Position numbers and translations under genes: made by a program | From: Camelus dromedarius | Lineage: Eukaryota | NCBI RefSeq assembly: GCF_036321535.1 | Contig: NC_087436.1 | Location: 36,892,001 to 36,956,000 of the forward strand | Length of the DNA: 64,000 bases | Direction of reading: 5' to 3' | Shown here: positions 26,628-39,113 of the stretch, piece after piece | Layout of the letters: every line of letters starts with the position of its first letter | Position numbering within the stretch: the first letter of the stretch is position 1 | Notes under the pieces: generated by a model | What the model was told of the DNA's origin: nothing | Seen by the model: only the letters and a program-made list of their open reading frames with translations | Database searches by the model: none

Positions 26628-28804
26628 AAGAATATTCAGCTTGGTCAAAAGCAGCAGAGAAAAAGCAAATGCTATTTCATTTTTTAAAAATCTTAAATTT
26701 ACCTCATATCAAGTAAATAATGTAAACAGTGACTTCCAGAGAGGGGAGGGGAAATCACTTACTCAGGACAATGTTTCGCTCTGTTCCATCAGTAGTTTTA
26801 TAAGCAAAATTTCTAGCTTCAGGTATAGAAAAGTACTTAATGAATATTATCTTATGAAAATGATAATGTATTCACCTAAATGAGAAATTTGTGTGTTTTA
26901 ACAGGCTTATACTAATGTAAGAGTGAGTGTAATGTTAAGAAGTCATTCTCTTAAAAACATTTCTATTTCAGAGAAACAACATTCTGGGAAAACAGTGATT
27001 TAATTTTCTTTTTACATAAAAAAATACTTCACTTGAAAAAAGCACTCATTTGGTTATGCTTTTTTTTTTTGTTTCAAATAAATTATTTTTAGGTTTTAAA
27101 AGAGCCATTGAAAAGTTCTCTTTCAATAGGCTTCTCTCTTTCAGGAGGCTACTGTTGTTTCTCTTTGGGCTTACTATTTTTGCTTTGTTTCCAGACAAAA
27201 GGATTTATAAGCTTTTGTATTCGTGAAATCAGTGAGAAAAGACACAAACGCTCCTCAGAAGTACCTATGGAAATCTAATTTCAAACACATGTATGCAAAT
27301 TATTGGAAGAAAATAGGATGGAAGGAAAGAAGGGTGGAAGGGAAGGAAGGAGGGAGAAATCTATGATAAGGAAGAAAATATAAATTTTCATTAGCTAAAT
27401 ACATTTGCAAGTGCTGTGGGAAAATACTTATCCCTGCATCTTTCTCGCTCACCAGGCATGAAGTGTCATTAAGACCCTGTTATCACTTTTATTGTATCAC
27501 TTTTTAAATTTATCCTATGCTTAAGTCTCTTCTGGGGGGAATACACATTCTCATACAAGGTTTTGAAAATCACTCTGTAAGGAAATCTGTGAAAATCTAT
27601 ATAGTGTAACAGAAGGATGTGATTCAATGATTACTTGTCTTACCTACACCATAGGTAACATTTAGGGAAATATAAACCAACATCTTCCATTATTATAGGT
27701 AAGAATACTAATTTTCTTTCAGTGCTAAATAATATATTTCTTTCCAGTGGAATTAGCTTCTCTAAATGACAATAATTCATTCCCAGTCTTCCCCATTAGA
27801 AGAATTAGCAAACATGGTCAAATACTGAGGGAGAAAAGCAACCAAGTTAGGTCTTATTTGAAATATATTTAGTTTCTCTCAGTTCAACCCTCTTTATTTT
27901 ACCACTTTACTGACTGACATGCACCATTGTGTTTTGGTATTAGTGCATTTCTACATACGTCTCAAGAAATAGCCATTGACTAAATGACAGATTAATTTAC
28001 TGTACCCTCCCTTCTTTGGCTGGGAAAATATGTCAAGATCTCCAGAGCAAAAACACATGACTTTTTTTTCCTCCCCCATCTTTTAATCTACATCAGCAAA
28101 TGGGGAAGGAAGAAAGTTTTACACGCTATCCCTAAGTTGAAATCTCTGACAAAGGATAAAGACTGAAATGACAACTATGTTGTAAAGTTCTTACATGTTA
28201 CTAAACAGCTGTAGTCAAAGAACTAGGAGGTTCCAGAATTGTGCTTTGCTAAATGCCACTGAAATTGAACTCAAGGACAGGATTATCCACAAATGATGAG
28301 GTCATCAATGAAACACGACTAGGCTTAAGTACAAATTTATGTACAAATAGGAATGAGAAAAGCATGAATTTGTTATACTATATCAATGAAACGCAGGCAT
28401 GTTAAGCAGAAAAGTGATTCTCCCCATAGCAGAAACTGTCAATATAATTAATCAAATATGCTTATCTTCTTTCTGTTCCTGGCTTGACTTGTTATTTAAA
28501 TATTATTGATTTTTTTTAACATTTTATATTTTTACATCGAATACTTCTGAAATATGTCTGGAAGCTCCTTGACTTCAGGAAAAATTGTCTTTCAGAAATA
28601 TCTTCTTACAATGTCTTGCACTAGGTTGGTGTTCTATAAATATTGATTTGGATAATGAAATTAAACAAAAACTGACTTTAATCTGAGCAATTTGGTTTAA
28701 AAATTTTCTTCTACTTAGAAATAACACATGGTCAGTGCAGAAAATTTGGAAAACACAGAAAAGCTAAAGGAAAATTTAAAAGTCATCACAAATTCTAAAC
28801 ACCT

Positions 28805-29243
28805 TGTCAACTTCAAAAATAAAATAGCAAGTTATTTTACTAGCAAAATGAGTTTATTTGGGAATGGTAGAGGAATTACAATTCAGGACATGCAAACTAT
28901 GGCAAAGCATAGGTAAGTTCAGAGAACAAAGGAGAGGAATGTTATTTTTTAGAGAAAAAGGGGGAGTTGGGAGGGGCTGCTCTGAAATGCAAGTTCATTG
29001 GAGGAAAGTGGGAGTTTAGAGTGGTAACGGTTTGTCATTGGTTGAGTTGTTGCAGTTCTCATTGGCTGGGCTGTTGCTAGGCAAGGAAAAAAATCTTCCT
29101 TTCTCCTGCTAGGGTAGTAAGGTCAGCTTCTTCCTGCTCAGGGATGGGCAGTAAGCTGGGACAGAAGGTCCGTGCCTGAGGGTTCTCCCTTTAGGGTTTC
29201 TTAACTCCATTTTAAATGCGGTTTCCCTTTATTAATTTTCACA
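28805..29243 (-). mobile_element. Solo ERV1-class LTR (439 bp)
   Basis: TG...CA termini (TGTCAA... / ...TTCACA), perfect 4-bp TSD ACCT at 28801-28804 and 29244-29247; minus-strand AATAAA and CCAAT boxes. Confidence 0.85.
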
Positions 29244-31099
29244 ACCTTTTCCACATTCTTCTCCTGCCCCTAGAAATAGGTGAAAGTTTTTAGAGTCTGT
29301 TTTGTCGGTTTGTACGGGGAAAAAGTTTATATAGTTATATAGAAAGTTCAATGGCCCACAAATTTTACTTAATGTGTATCGTGAACTTTTTCCCATGTTA
29401 ATATCTTCTACAATGTGACTTTTGTGCCAGCACAATATTCTATTGCATGAGATCACCATAGTTACTTTACCAAGATCTTACTGTTTCTAATTTTTTCATT
29501 ATAAGTTATTCTACAGTGGCTATCCATGTTCATATAATAATCATATATGCATATAATATGATTAATTAATAATTAATCAAGTAATTGAGCTCTGATAAGA
29601 GAGGATTTATGATTTAAAAGAGACAAAGAATGGAATTAAATGGATTTGTATAATGTTGTATTATATATGTTACATTTTCATATAGAATAATTACTAACCT
29701 TGATTTCTGATGTGGAAATAAGTAAAATAATAAGATTTTACAGGAAAAAAAAGTATGCCTTGATAAAATGACTGATTTCTTTCTTTAGAGAGTAATGTGA
29801 TTAGAGATAATCAAAGCCTTATATCATTTAACAATGGAACAAACAAAAGGCTTAGCATTTATTTTCTGCACCATTTTCCATATTTCAGTGAGTTACTAAA
29901 AAAAAATTAGAATTCTTGCTAATTCAGGAAAGTTTGAAGACAAATGCATTCTAGATAAATTATATAAGTGCTGAATGAATTGATACATGATCATTGCTAA
30001 ATTTCAATCTTGACTTGTGTCACATGCAAAAATATATGTGGCTTTTTAAAAAAATATAAGATTCTAGATTATAATTACATACTTACTTAATTCTAAGACT
30101 GAGACCATCTATTACAGGTCAACATCAGGATGTTTTAAAGATAATTCTATCACCAACAAAGATAAATGAAAAAAACTCAGAAATAACTCAGGCTATGCCA
30201 TTTAAAGGAATCAGTGTGTGAACTATTGACTTCTACTTCTTTTTATTGGTTATCCCTCCTGATAGCTGGTGACCTTTTTTGTTAATCCAGAAATTTTAAT
30301 AGGAGATAAAACATCAGATTATTAATAAAGAAAGGCTTTAAGTGAAAGGATTATTACTAAGATTATCATTCTCTTATTCAATTTGATCCCTTGCACACAA
30401 AGTAGCTTTATACCTTAATATGGGCCAACAAATAAAAGAGTAATAAAAGAGAGTCACAAGAGTAAAAGACACAAAATGGATTTGGGCCATGGGCTGCAGA
30501 GATTCACCAAGAAGCTAGGCCTTCTGCACTGGAGAATTCACAATATTCTCAGAATTAAAATTTGAAGTCTAGCCTCATACATACAACCAGTTATTGCTTA
30601 AAAAGGACATTAAAGACTATCAAAGTTCTGAGAGGATGATGTTTAGATAAGATACATTTAAGAAGTGTCTACACTCACATCATCACCATCATTCCCACCC
30701 CCACCACCATTTTGTCGATTTACATCACTGCCTATAACAAAGGAATATTCTGGTCAAAAATAATTTCCCAAGCATTTATTGAGTGCTAGGTTGCTAGAAC
30801 TCAAGAATGAAGAAACATAGTCCTCATCCTTAAGAGTAAAGTAACATCCTGAAGGGAGAGCGATTTGTAAAAACTGTCGTGGTTGCTCATAAATAACATA
30901 CATTTAAATGTCTGTTTTTCATCACCGTTTAGAGTTAATCTATATGGTTACCCTTTCCCCAAAGAGGACACGACTCTTCACTTATTTCTTCGTGCCTCCA
31001 TCCCCCACTGCTTTCCACGTTGTGATGGTCAGAGAGCATAAGAGCCCACTGTTATTCTCAGCCTTGATTTCATGTGATTAAATGAAATCAGCTCACTCA

Positions 31100-32050
31100 G
31101 CTGTACAAGTACAAGTAGAGGGATGGTGCAGCAGATTCGTTTTGCCAAGTGAATATGAGGAAGGAAGAGGGGGCAAGGGAGTTGGAGGTATTATGCAGGG
31201 AGTGGTAATAATGACAGTCACAGAGTTTAAGTTAAGTAAGGGGGCATGGGGAACAGAGGGAAAGGGGTAGGATCAATGAATTCAAGATTCTGGAAAGACT
31301 GAAGTATTGCTAGGGTTGTGCTACTAGAGGGAATGAATGGCAAGCATCGGGGTAAGGCATGAAATGGAGATTATGGAGGGATTTTATGGACTGGTTATGA
31401 CAAATTCTCGGGTCACAACATGGAGTGATGGCTGAGATAGAGTGTCGGGCAAGACAGAGAAAGGAATTCAAGAAACTGAGAGGCCAGAGTGTTGGAAATA
31501 TCATCTCTATATATATTGAATCTTCAAAAATTAATACAGGGAAAGTGCTGGGGAGAGTGACAGTGAGTCAGGAGCTAAAATCATAGAGAAATTGGGAGTG
31601 GCTCAGGCATAGGTAGATGGTCCCACCAATGAAGTTAATCAGTAAGATCTTTTGATGACATCAGAGTCAAGCTGCAGAGAAATCTACCCTGATTGCAGGT
31701 CTATAAATACAAACGGTGTGGTAAATAGCCCCCACTTTCAAAGACTGCAGGGCAAAAAGCATCCTCAGAAGATAGCCAGGTTTTCTGTAAAGCCAGAAGC
31801 TGAAGGAAACTTTCAGAAAAGAAGTTGAAGATTAGCAGATTTTTCTTAGGATGGATCTTGAATTCCAGAAGGAACAGTGAAAGGGATTCAAGAATTTGGT
31901 GAAGGGTGTGTGGGAGATGGGGTGAGAAGAAGAAATGCACTGAGCTGATGGGAGAGGAGGGGCCACCTGGAATATGGAGTTTCTTGTGGTGAGTGACGTA
32001 AACATGTAGACAAAGGGCATAGTGAAGATAGTCCTGGTAGACTCAAGGCA
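31100..32050 (-). mobile_element. L2 LINE internal fragment
   Basis: Purine-rich tract with AGGAATTCAAGAAACTGAGAGGCCAG and GACAGTGAGTCAGGAGCTAAAATC motifs. Confidence 0.6.
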
Positions 32051-32571
32051 GACAGTGGGGTCATGGGAAGGCTGTGTCTGTTAGGAGGCAGGGAAAGAAG
32101 ATATTCAGGACTTTCAGTATTCCTTCCTGACCTCAGCAGTTAGACATAAGGAGCCAGAGAAGCCCAATATCAGAGGTTGATGAGGGTATGTGACCCAGGA
32201 GATGTGTCTTACTCAAAGTGTACTAGACTCACTCTGGACCCCTGCTGGTCAGGACTGCAGATGGGAATTTAATTGATTCCATACTCCTTAAGGGTAATTC
32301 CTTAGTACCTAAGTAAACGAGAAGTGAATATACACTTTGACTCAAAAGTTTTAGGAATTTTCCTGCAAAATACTCTCATGTAGCAATCAACTTAGAAAAA
32401 ATTAAATAATGAATGGCCAAATCACATACAGTAAATTCACATTACAAAATAAGATAGATAGATTGCTGAGCAAAATTAAAATTTGCAGAACAGCAAGTAT
32501 AGTATAATTTCATTTATACATTTTTTAAAGCAATATAAAAAGCTATACTTGTATGACATATAGAGCAAACA

Positions 32572-32645
32572 CTTTTTTATGGAAGTATAGTTGATTTACA
32601 ATGTTCAGGTGTACAGCAAAGTGATATTTATATATTCTTTTTCCG
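32572..32645 (-). mobile_element. Very short L1 3' terminal fragment
   Basis: GAAGTATAGTTGATTTACAATGTTCAGGTGTACAGCAAAGTGAT, the same terminus as the 54384 copy. Confidence 0.7.
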
Positions 32646-32654
32646 AATGAATAC

Positions 32655-32741
32655 TTTAAAGAACTTACTATGTGCAGCGCACTGTTCTATGTGTTTTATG
32701 TATTAACTCAGTCAGCTATGCATTATTATTAATTATTATTA

Positions 32742-32782
<41 letters not shown>

Positions 32783-32945
32783 TACTACTACTATTGTTAT
32801 TCTTGTGGTGACAAGGATAAGGAACCTGAGACACAGAGAGTCTAAGTAATTTGCCAAAGGCCCCCAAAATGTTAAGGAGTAAAGCTTGAATTTTCTCCCA
32901 AACAGCCTGGCTCCAAAGTCTGTGTTTTTAAATACATTAAACTGC
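32655..32945 (-). mobile_element. MIR SINE with internal (TTA)n(CTA)n microsatellite (32722-32793)
   Basis: ACTTACTATGTGC...GATAAGGAA.CTGAG.CACAGAGAG..TAAGTAA.TTGCC.AAGG. Confidence 0.72.
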
Positions 32946-35900
32946 CTATCAGGTATACAAGCATATAGAAAAAAGCCTGAAACAATATGCCCCTAACTCT
33001 TAATTGCAGTTATTTCTGAAAAGGAGAGTAAGGTTGAAGGTGGTGGAAGGTGAAAAAGATTATTAGTTCTTACTTTGAATAACTCATTTGCTTAAACTTC
33101 TAACAATTGGAATATATTCACTTGTGTAGTTTTTCACTTTTTATTCCCTCAAAAAAAGGTTGCTTTACGTTCCACCAGCGTTGTGTGCAAGTCTGCACCA
33201 GGGTTATATATAAGGACACAGTGGTGGAATTATTTAAAAGGGTGAAAGGAGAGTTATCAACTTGCCTTGAGGAAGGAAACTTCAAGGATGAGATTTTTTG
33301 AGTTTTAAAGGATGAAGAGTTTGTTAGGCAGATACTTAGGGAAGGGCATATAATTGGTGCTCGATACATTTTTTTGAATGAATGTATTCTAGTCAAAGGG
33401 AACACATATACAAAGTCTCAAAGGGAAGGTAGCAGGAGATAAGGCTGGGAAGATAGTCAAGGGCCAGATCACCAAAGGTCTTACATGTTAAGTAAAAGAT
33501 ATTATCTGGAGGAAATGAGGAGACTTAGAAGGGTTTTGAGTGGTAGACATCTCACTGTTCTTTGCTTGTGGGTTTAATTTAGGCTCACCAGCCTATAGGT
33601 GCTTACTTCACATTAAACAGAAAGGGATAGAAGAAAAGGGTAGCGCTGCTGCTGCTGATGGGAGATTCTGGGACACAAAGTATGTGGACTCCGATCATGA
33701 CTGTGCTGTATGATACACCAGTCTTATATTTTCTATATATAAGATCATTTAATTCATGGCCATATTGGTACTTTGGGATTTTTCATTTCCTTGGGTACTG
33801 CTGATTTTGTACTCAATTTTATATTTTGCATTTATATAAAAGTAGTTTTGAAACAGATCTCAACTCAAGGATAAGATCTTCTTATATGTTTTCACAAAAA
33901 AAGTCATTCTAATTAAACTATTCCATTTCGTTCCCTTAACGGTACTAATACATAAATCCTTAATACACTCTCATTATTATGAGCTTATTATTCCTCCTGA
34001 AATCAATTCATTTGTGGATATTGAGCTTTTGCCAAATTATCTCCAAAAGTGTCTTTGTTGAGGTTCTAATGGATTTGGCTAGAGTACACATAATATTTCC
34101 AGCCAAGGATGAGCTGATTATTTTTAAATAAGGTATTATTGGTGGCATAGCCTTTCAGTGCATTTTTGGTAAAAATCCACCTGTGATTCGCTAAGCTGAC
34201 TTTACATGAAAATTAAAGCCATTATGGCAGGTTTGGGAGGCTGCCATCTTCTTTAGATGTGTGAGCCTCTCTCTCACTTGGGATTTCAGAATTTCAAGCT
34301 GCTAGCCAAACAGTTACTGCTAGCTGAGTAGAGAAAAATGTCCTCATAAAACAAACAAAACATCCTAAAGAAATGATTCCTATTTGTGGTTCAGAAGCCA
34401 AGACTAATGTCTAACTTCTAAGAGGGATATTTCATGTGCAGGAATTATTTGTTTGATACAGATACCAGCTCCTTCTATTATGATGCCTGGGCTCTGCCTT
34501 CACAGGGAGCCAACAAAGTCCCTTGGACAAAGCTCCCTTTCCAGGATAAACCAAATTTAAGCCAAGAGTCAAAGCTTCCAATTTCAAGTTATATTTCAGA
34601 CCATTCTCCTGTTTTGTAGTCACACCTAAATCTACTGTATACAAAAGTCTGTAATCTGTCTTCTTTCTGGTTTACAATAACATTGATCTTTATTAATTGC
34701 TCTTCGCCCCCATCGCCAACTCACAATCATAAGACATTCTGACTGGGTTGTACCCAAGGCTCAAAATTTAAAAGCCCAAACTTTCAATGGAGACTTAATT
34801 GTCCTGATTTAATTTGTACAGGTCGGGTTGGACTTTTCCAGTCAGTCCTTGTAGTGCTGGTGTTGGACATCAGTGCTTCCCAGGAACCTTCATAGATATC
34901 ACTTAACTTCCCCCTTGGGACACATATTCCATCGCTAAGAGATACAACAACCTTCCTCATAAAGGCAGTTACTCATAGATTTGACTCACTGATTAAGATA
35001 CAAGCTACACAATTTCTTCCCCTGCATCTAAACATCTTCGAAAAAAAGATTTATTGCACTAAAAAGAATCTATGCAGACAGGAGGATCATTTTTAAAAAC
35101 TGTTGACATAATAAAGCTATTAACGTATACATATGAACATTTAGCTGGGACAGTGCAGAGGGACTGAAGTATGATAAGGTAATCAGATTAGATGTCCTTT
35201 AAGCTATGTTTTAAATACATAGCGTTCATGATTTTCTAGACAGTATAATCTCCTCCCTTTACTTTATCCCTAAAGTGCTTAAAGATATTATATTGATTAT
35301 AATATATCAAAAGTATTAATAATTGAGCTGTATATTTTATGTTGCTGTGTGAATATCTTGTAATTTAATTTTTAATCAAAATTTGCATTAAAATGAGACC
35401 ATTGAGCATCCATGTATGTAGATACTTCATACATTTTCAGGATAATTTATTCCAAGTGAACACAGGTAGAGAAAAACAGAAAATTCTGAGTCATTTACTT
35501 CTCTTTGTTTTTGCTTTCTCTTAATGCTTTAGCCTAAGTTGAGTTTCAAGATAAAGGACTTACATTTGGTGATCAGAGAGAGTTAATGGGGTGGGAGAGG
35601 AGGAAGGTCTTGGCTTAAAGCAGTGGGAAACCTTGTCCTTTATATACCCAGAATGTTTAACTAAGGCCCATTTTCCCTTCCCTAAATCCATACCTGGTTA
35701 GACCTGGTTACATGTCACAAGGTCAAGTCTCTCTTCATCCATTGTTGGTGAATAAGATAATTATGCTTTTAAACACAACAAAGGACATTAACTGGTAATA
35801 TGGAGACTAACAACTCTATCCTAATTCTATTACTGAACGATTCAGAACTTAGAATAGGATTGCATTTGCAACGTGTAAAAGGTGCACACGTAGCACAGAA

Positions 35901-36666
35901 CAAATTGGACACTGAAGAGCTATACGATTAGGAAAAGGAGAGAGAATTACACTTGAGTATTTTAAATCACCATTTTTAATATGTTTGAAGGATTCACCCT
36001 ACACAAAAATAATATAAATAAGAAACAATTTTAGCTCATTTCACTAATGGTGAAAATACTATGACTGGAAAAATTGAAAAACTCTACTTTCTCAAACTCC
36101 CTTTCTAACAGGTGACTTACACAGACACATTTCTGCCAGCTTCCAGTACTTATTCCCCTCCCTCAAGGAAGGACAAATATAACTTTGAGGAACATGTCTT
36201 TAAATAGGTTTTGGAAGGGGGTGGGCAGGGATCACAGGGGTTGAGATGAGGCAGTTGTTCTTGCCCATGCCAAAAACAGAGGCGGGACAGACTTGACTTC
36301 TGCATGTACATGCAGACAGAAGTGGAGGAAGTGAGATCCAGATCTTCACCCTCATCTCTCCTCGCATCTCCGAACACAGCAGCATTCGAAGTCTGGAGGA
36401 GCAGTGTTGGCTGAGGAGCAGTGCCCAGCCACTCCTCAGACTGTCAACACGAAGCTGTATCTTACTATGTAGAGGGTATTGACTTCCCTGGGTACTGATT
36501 TCACATAAGAAAAACTGCTATTAGCAAGCACAGAAAAATTAATTGGTAAATAATGTATTGAGTCCCAGTGGGAAGTTATTATAGTCCCTTTCAGAACCTA
36601 ATATCCTCTTGAAGATTTCTGCTTTGGGGAGAGCTGTGAATTTCTTCATCTGTAAAATATAACCTT

Positions 36667-37184
36667 TGTCAAGAACTACGAAGGGGCTGAGATGTTACAG
36701 TATTGGCAAACTAACACGTCAGTCAGTCACAGTCTCATGGATGACGGCAGAAGGCACAAAACTCCCAGACCAGAAACGAAGGACAGCGATATTATTACTC
36801 ACGGCAACAGCAGTAGCTGGAGTGTCAGCATTTGTGCCAGTTCCCTGAGTCCCCACTCCCACAAAGTGACAGGAAGAGGGCCAGATGATCTCTGGACGTG
36901 CAGTGCATTGCACTACCTGAGAGGAAACCCCACTCTTCGGGAATCGAATCTTTCGTAACGATCAGTTAGCCTGCCTGACCTTTGCCCAGTGGGAGCGTTA
37001 TCTTTATTCTACTGGACAGTCAACAAACCTGCTCTTTACTCCAGAGAGGGACACCTCTCTGCCTTCCAAAGCTATTTACCATACACACACCTTTGAAAAG
37101 ATATTCCAGAACAAAGGCAGGCTTTGCCTCTGCCTGAGAAATGTATAGAAATGTGAGGCACTCGTGGGGCGTTGCCTTCCAACA
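36667..37184 (-). mobile_element. ERV1-class LTR (MER89/MER90-like; subfamily uncertain)
   Basis: TGTCAAGAACT...GAAGGG.CTGAGAT..TAC start and ...CCAACA end resemble a recalled ancient eutherian LTR; no TSD seen. Confidence 0.65.
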
Positions 37185-38269
37185 ATAATCAATTTCTGTC
37201 CCTTTTTTCTCAAGATTGAGACTCCACAGAACGTCTCTAGCTCTGCCTCTTTGCCCATTTCGACTCCCTCCTCAAACTGCGAGCCTTTCTTTGCAGTGCT
37301 GTGGGGAGATGCTGACGAGGGGGCGAGGGTGCGAATTGAAAACGTTCGGGAAGAGTAACTTTAGTGACCAGGAAGATAAATGTCAGAAACCCTGTAGGAA
37401 GTCCCTCCTGGGCCGGCTTGCTACTTGGCGGTCCCTCACTCCTCCCCATCCCTCTAAAAAGTATCTTCCTTTCGCTTCACTTTAATATGCAGCTAATAAG
37501 CCCACTAAATGGATATTCACTGCAGTTTTTGAAAAACACAAATCTCTCGGACGCTTAAGAACTCTGAGATATTCATACACATTAGCGTGAATTCATGAAG
37601 ACATGTTCCCTTTCCTAGCCAGCTGGGACTGGCTGCCCTGAAGGAACAGCTGACTACAGGGGTAGAAGGGTGACTGTAAAGCCGGGCGCACGTTTTCTGC
37701 AGAGCCGGCAAGAGAGATAACATTGTGAGAGAAATCAAACCATCTGAAGGCACTGAGTCCAGAAGTGCCAGGGACGACAGGCACCAGAAAGCAGGAAAAG
37801 ATGTGAGAGAAAGAGAAAGAAGAGATGCCAAAGAGGAACTTGGCTCATTCCCAGACTTCATTTGAAGTTGGCACTGTGCCCAAAGCAGAGGAAGTCCTCT
37901 TCTTCCTTCTCACACCTGGATTTTCATTCTATAAATATTTACCCAGTATTGGCTGCTGCAGCTGCCACTGCTACTATTACTAGTTACCATTTATTGAACA
38001 CTCACTGTTTCCAGTTTTATGATTCCATGTGTGATAATGTCCGATAAGGCACCATCCCCGCCTTAAGTAGAGCTTACAGTCCAGTGGGGGAGACAGACAA
38101 GTAAGTCAACAGTTGTGCAATATAGTAAATACTGTTTTCTGAACACAATTATACCATTTAGTAAATGCTTTTATTGAGAGAGGCAACTAAGTCAGAATGG
38201 CAGGTCCTTGCCCAAGGACCCAGACTTCAGACCTCCATTGTTAGTTTTATCCTTCACAATAGTGAACTA

Positions 38270-38510
38270 ATAGTAGTTAATTCTTACACAGTACCTGCTA
38301 GGTTCCAGGCACAGTTTCCATGCAATTAATCTAGAATCTTTACAGCAATCCCATAAAATAGGTGCTGTGATTATAATCTTCATTTCACAGGGGAAAAACT
38401 GAAGCTCAGAGAGGTTAAGTAGCTTCCCTAATGTCACAGAGCAGCAGAGGTGGGATTTGACTCCAGGCCCTGCCCTGGAGTACATGTTCTTAGCTGCTTC
38501 CCTATACTGT
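38270..38510 (-). mobile_element. MIR SINE
   Basis: AAACTGAAGCTCAGAGAGGTTAAGTAGCTT.CC.AA.GTCACA.AGC...GGGATTTGA. Confidence 0.8.
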
Positions 38511-38890
38511 CACTGAAACAAGTGTAAGTAAGCATTTGTGAGCTGTCCGGGAAATGTAACCATCACTCACAACTTATTTCTATGATAAAGTAAAGTTGGA
38601 GTTCCCAACTTCGGACTCATAAAGAAAATATCGAAACAGATGTTTTAAAGTAGGAAACTACCTGAGGCCTCCTGGTCCTGTAAGAGAGCTGCAAGCATTC
38701 GTGGACATCGTTAAGAGAACACTGGCAACCCTGCATAAAAGGCGCTAGAGCATCAACGATCACATCGTGCGTTCAGGGATCCTCCTCTTTCAAGTCCAAT
38801 TGTTCTGATATGCAGCACTCCCATCTTACTAGTTTATGCTGCTCAGAAAAATTAATGACTCGTGTTTACTTTAAAAAGCAAAGAATCAAG

Positions 38891-39093
38891 GGTGGGGGGA
38901 GTGTAGTAGACCAGTGGTAGAGTGTGTGCTTAGCACGCATGACGTCTGGGGTTCAATCCCCAGTACCTCCATTAAATAAATACATACATACATACATACA
39001 TACATACATACATACATACATAAACAAACAAACAAACAAACAAACAAACAAACAAACCTAATTCCCCCCAAAACAAACAAAGAAAAAAAGTAC
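38891..39093 (+). mobile_element. tRNA-Ala-derived SINE (Vic-1-like) with expanded (TACA)n(AAAC)n linker
   Basis: tRNA-like head with B box GGTTCAATCC; 20-bp TSD TTAAAAAGCAAAGAAT(C/T)AAG at 38871-38890 and 39094-39113. Confidence 0.9.
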
Positions 39094-39113
39094 TTAAAAA
39101 GCAAAGAATTAAG

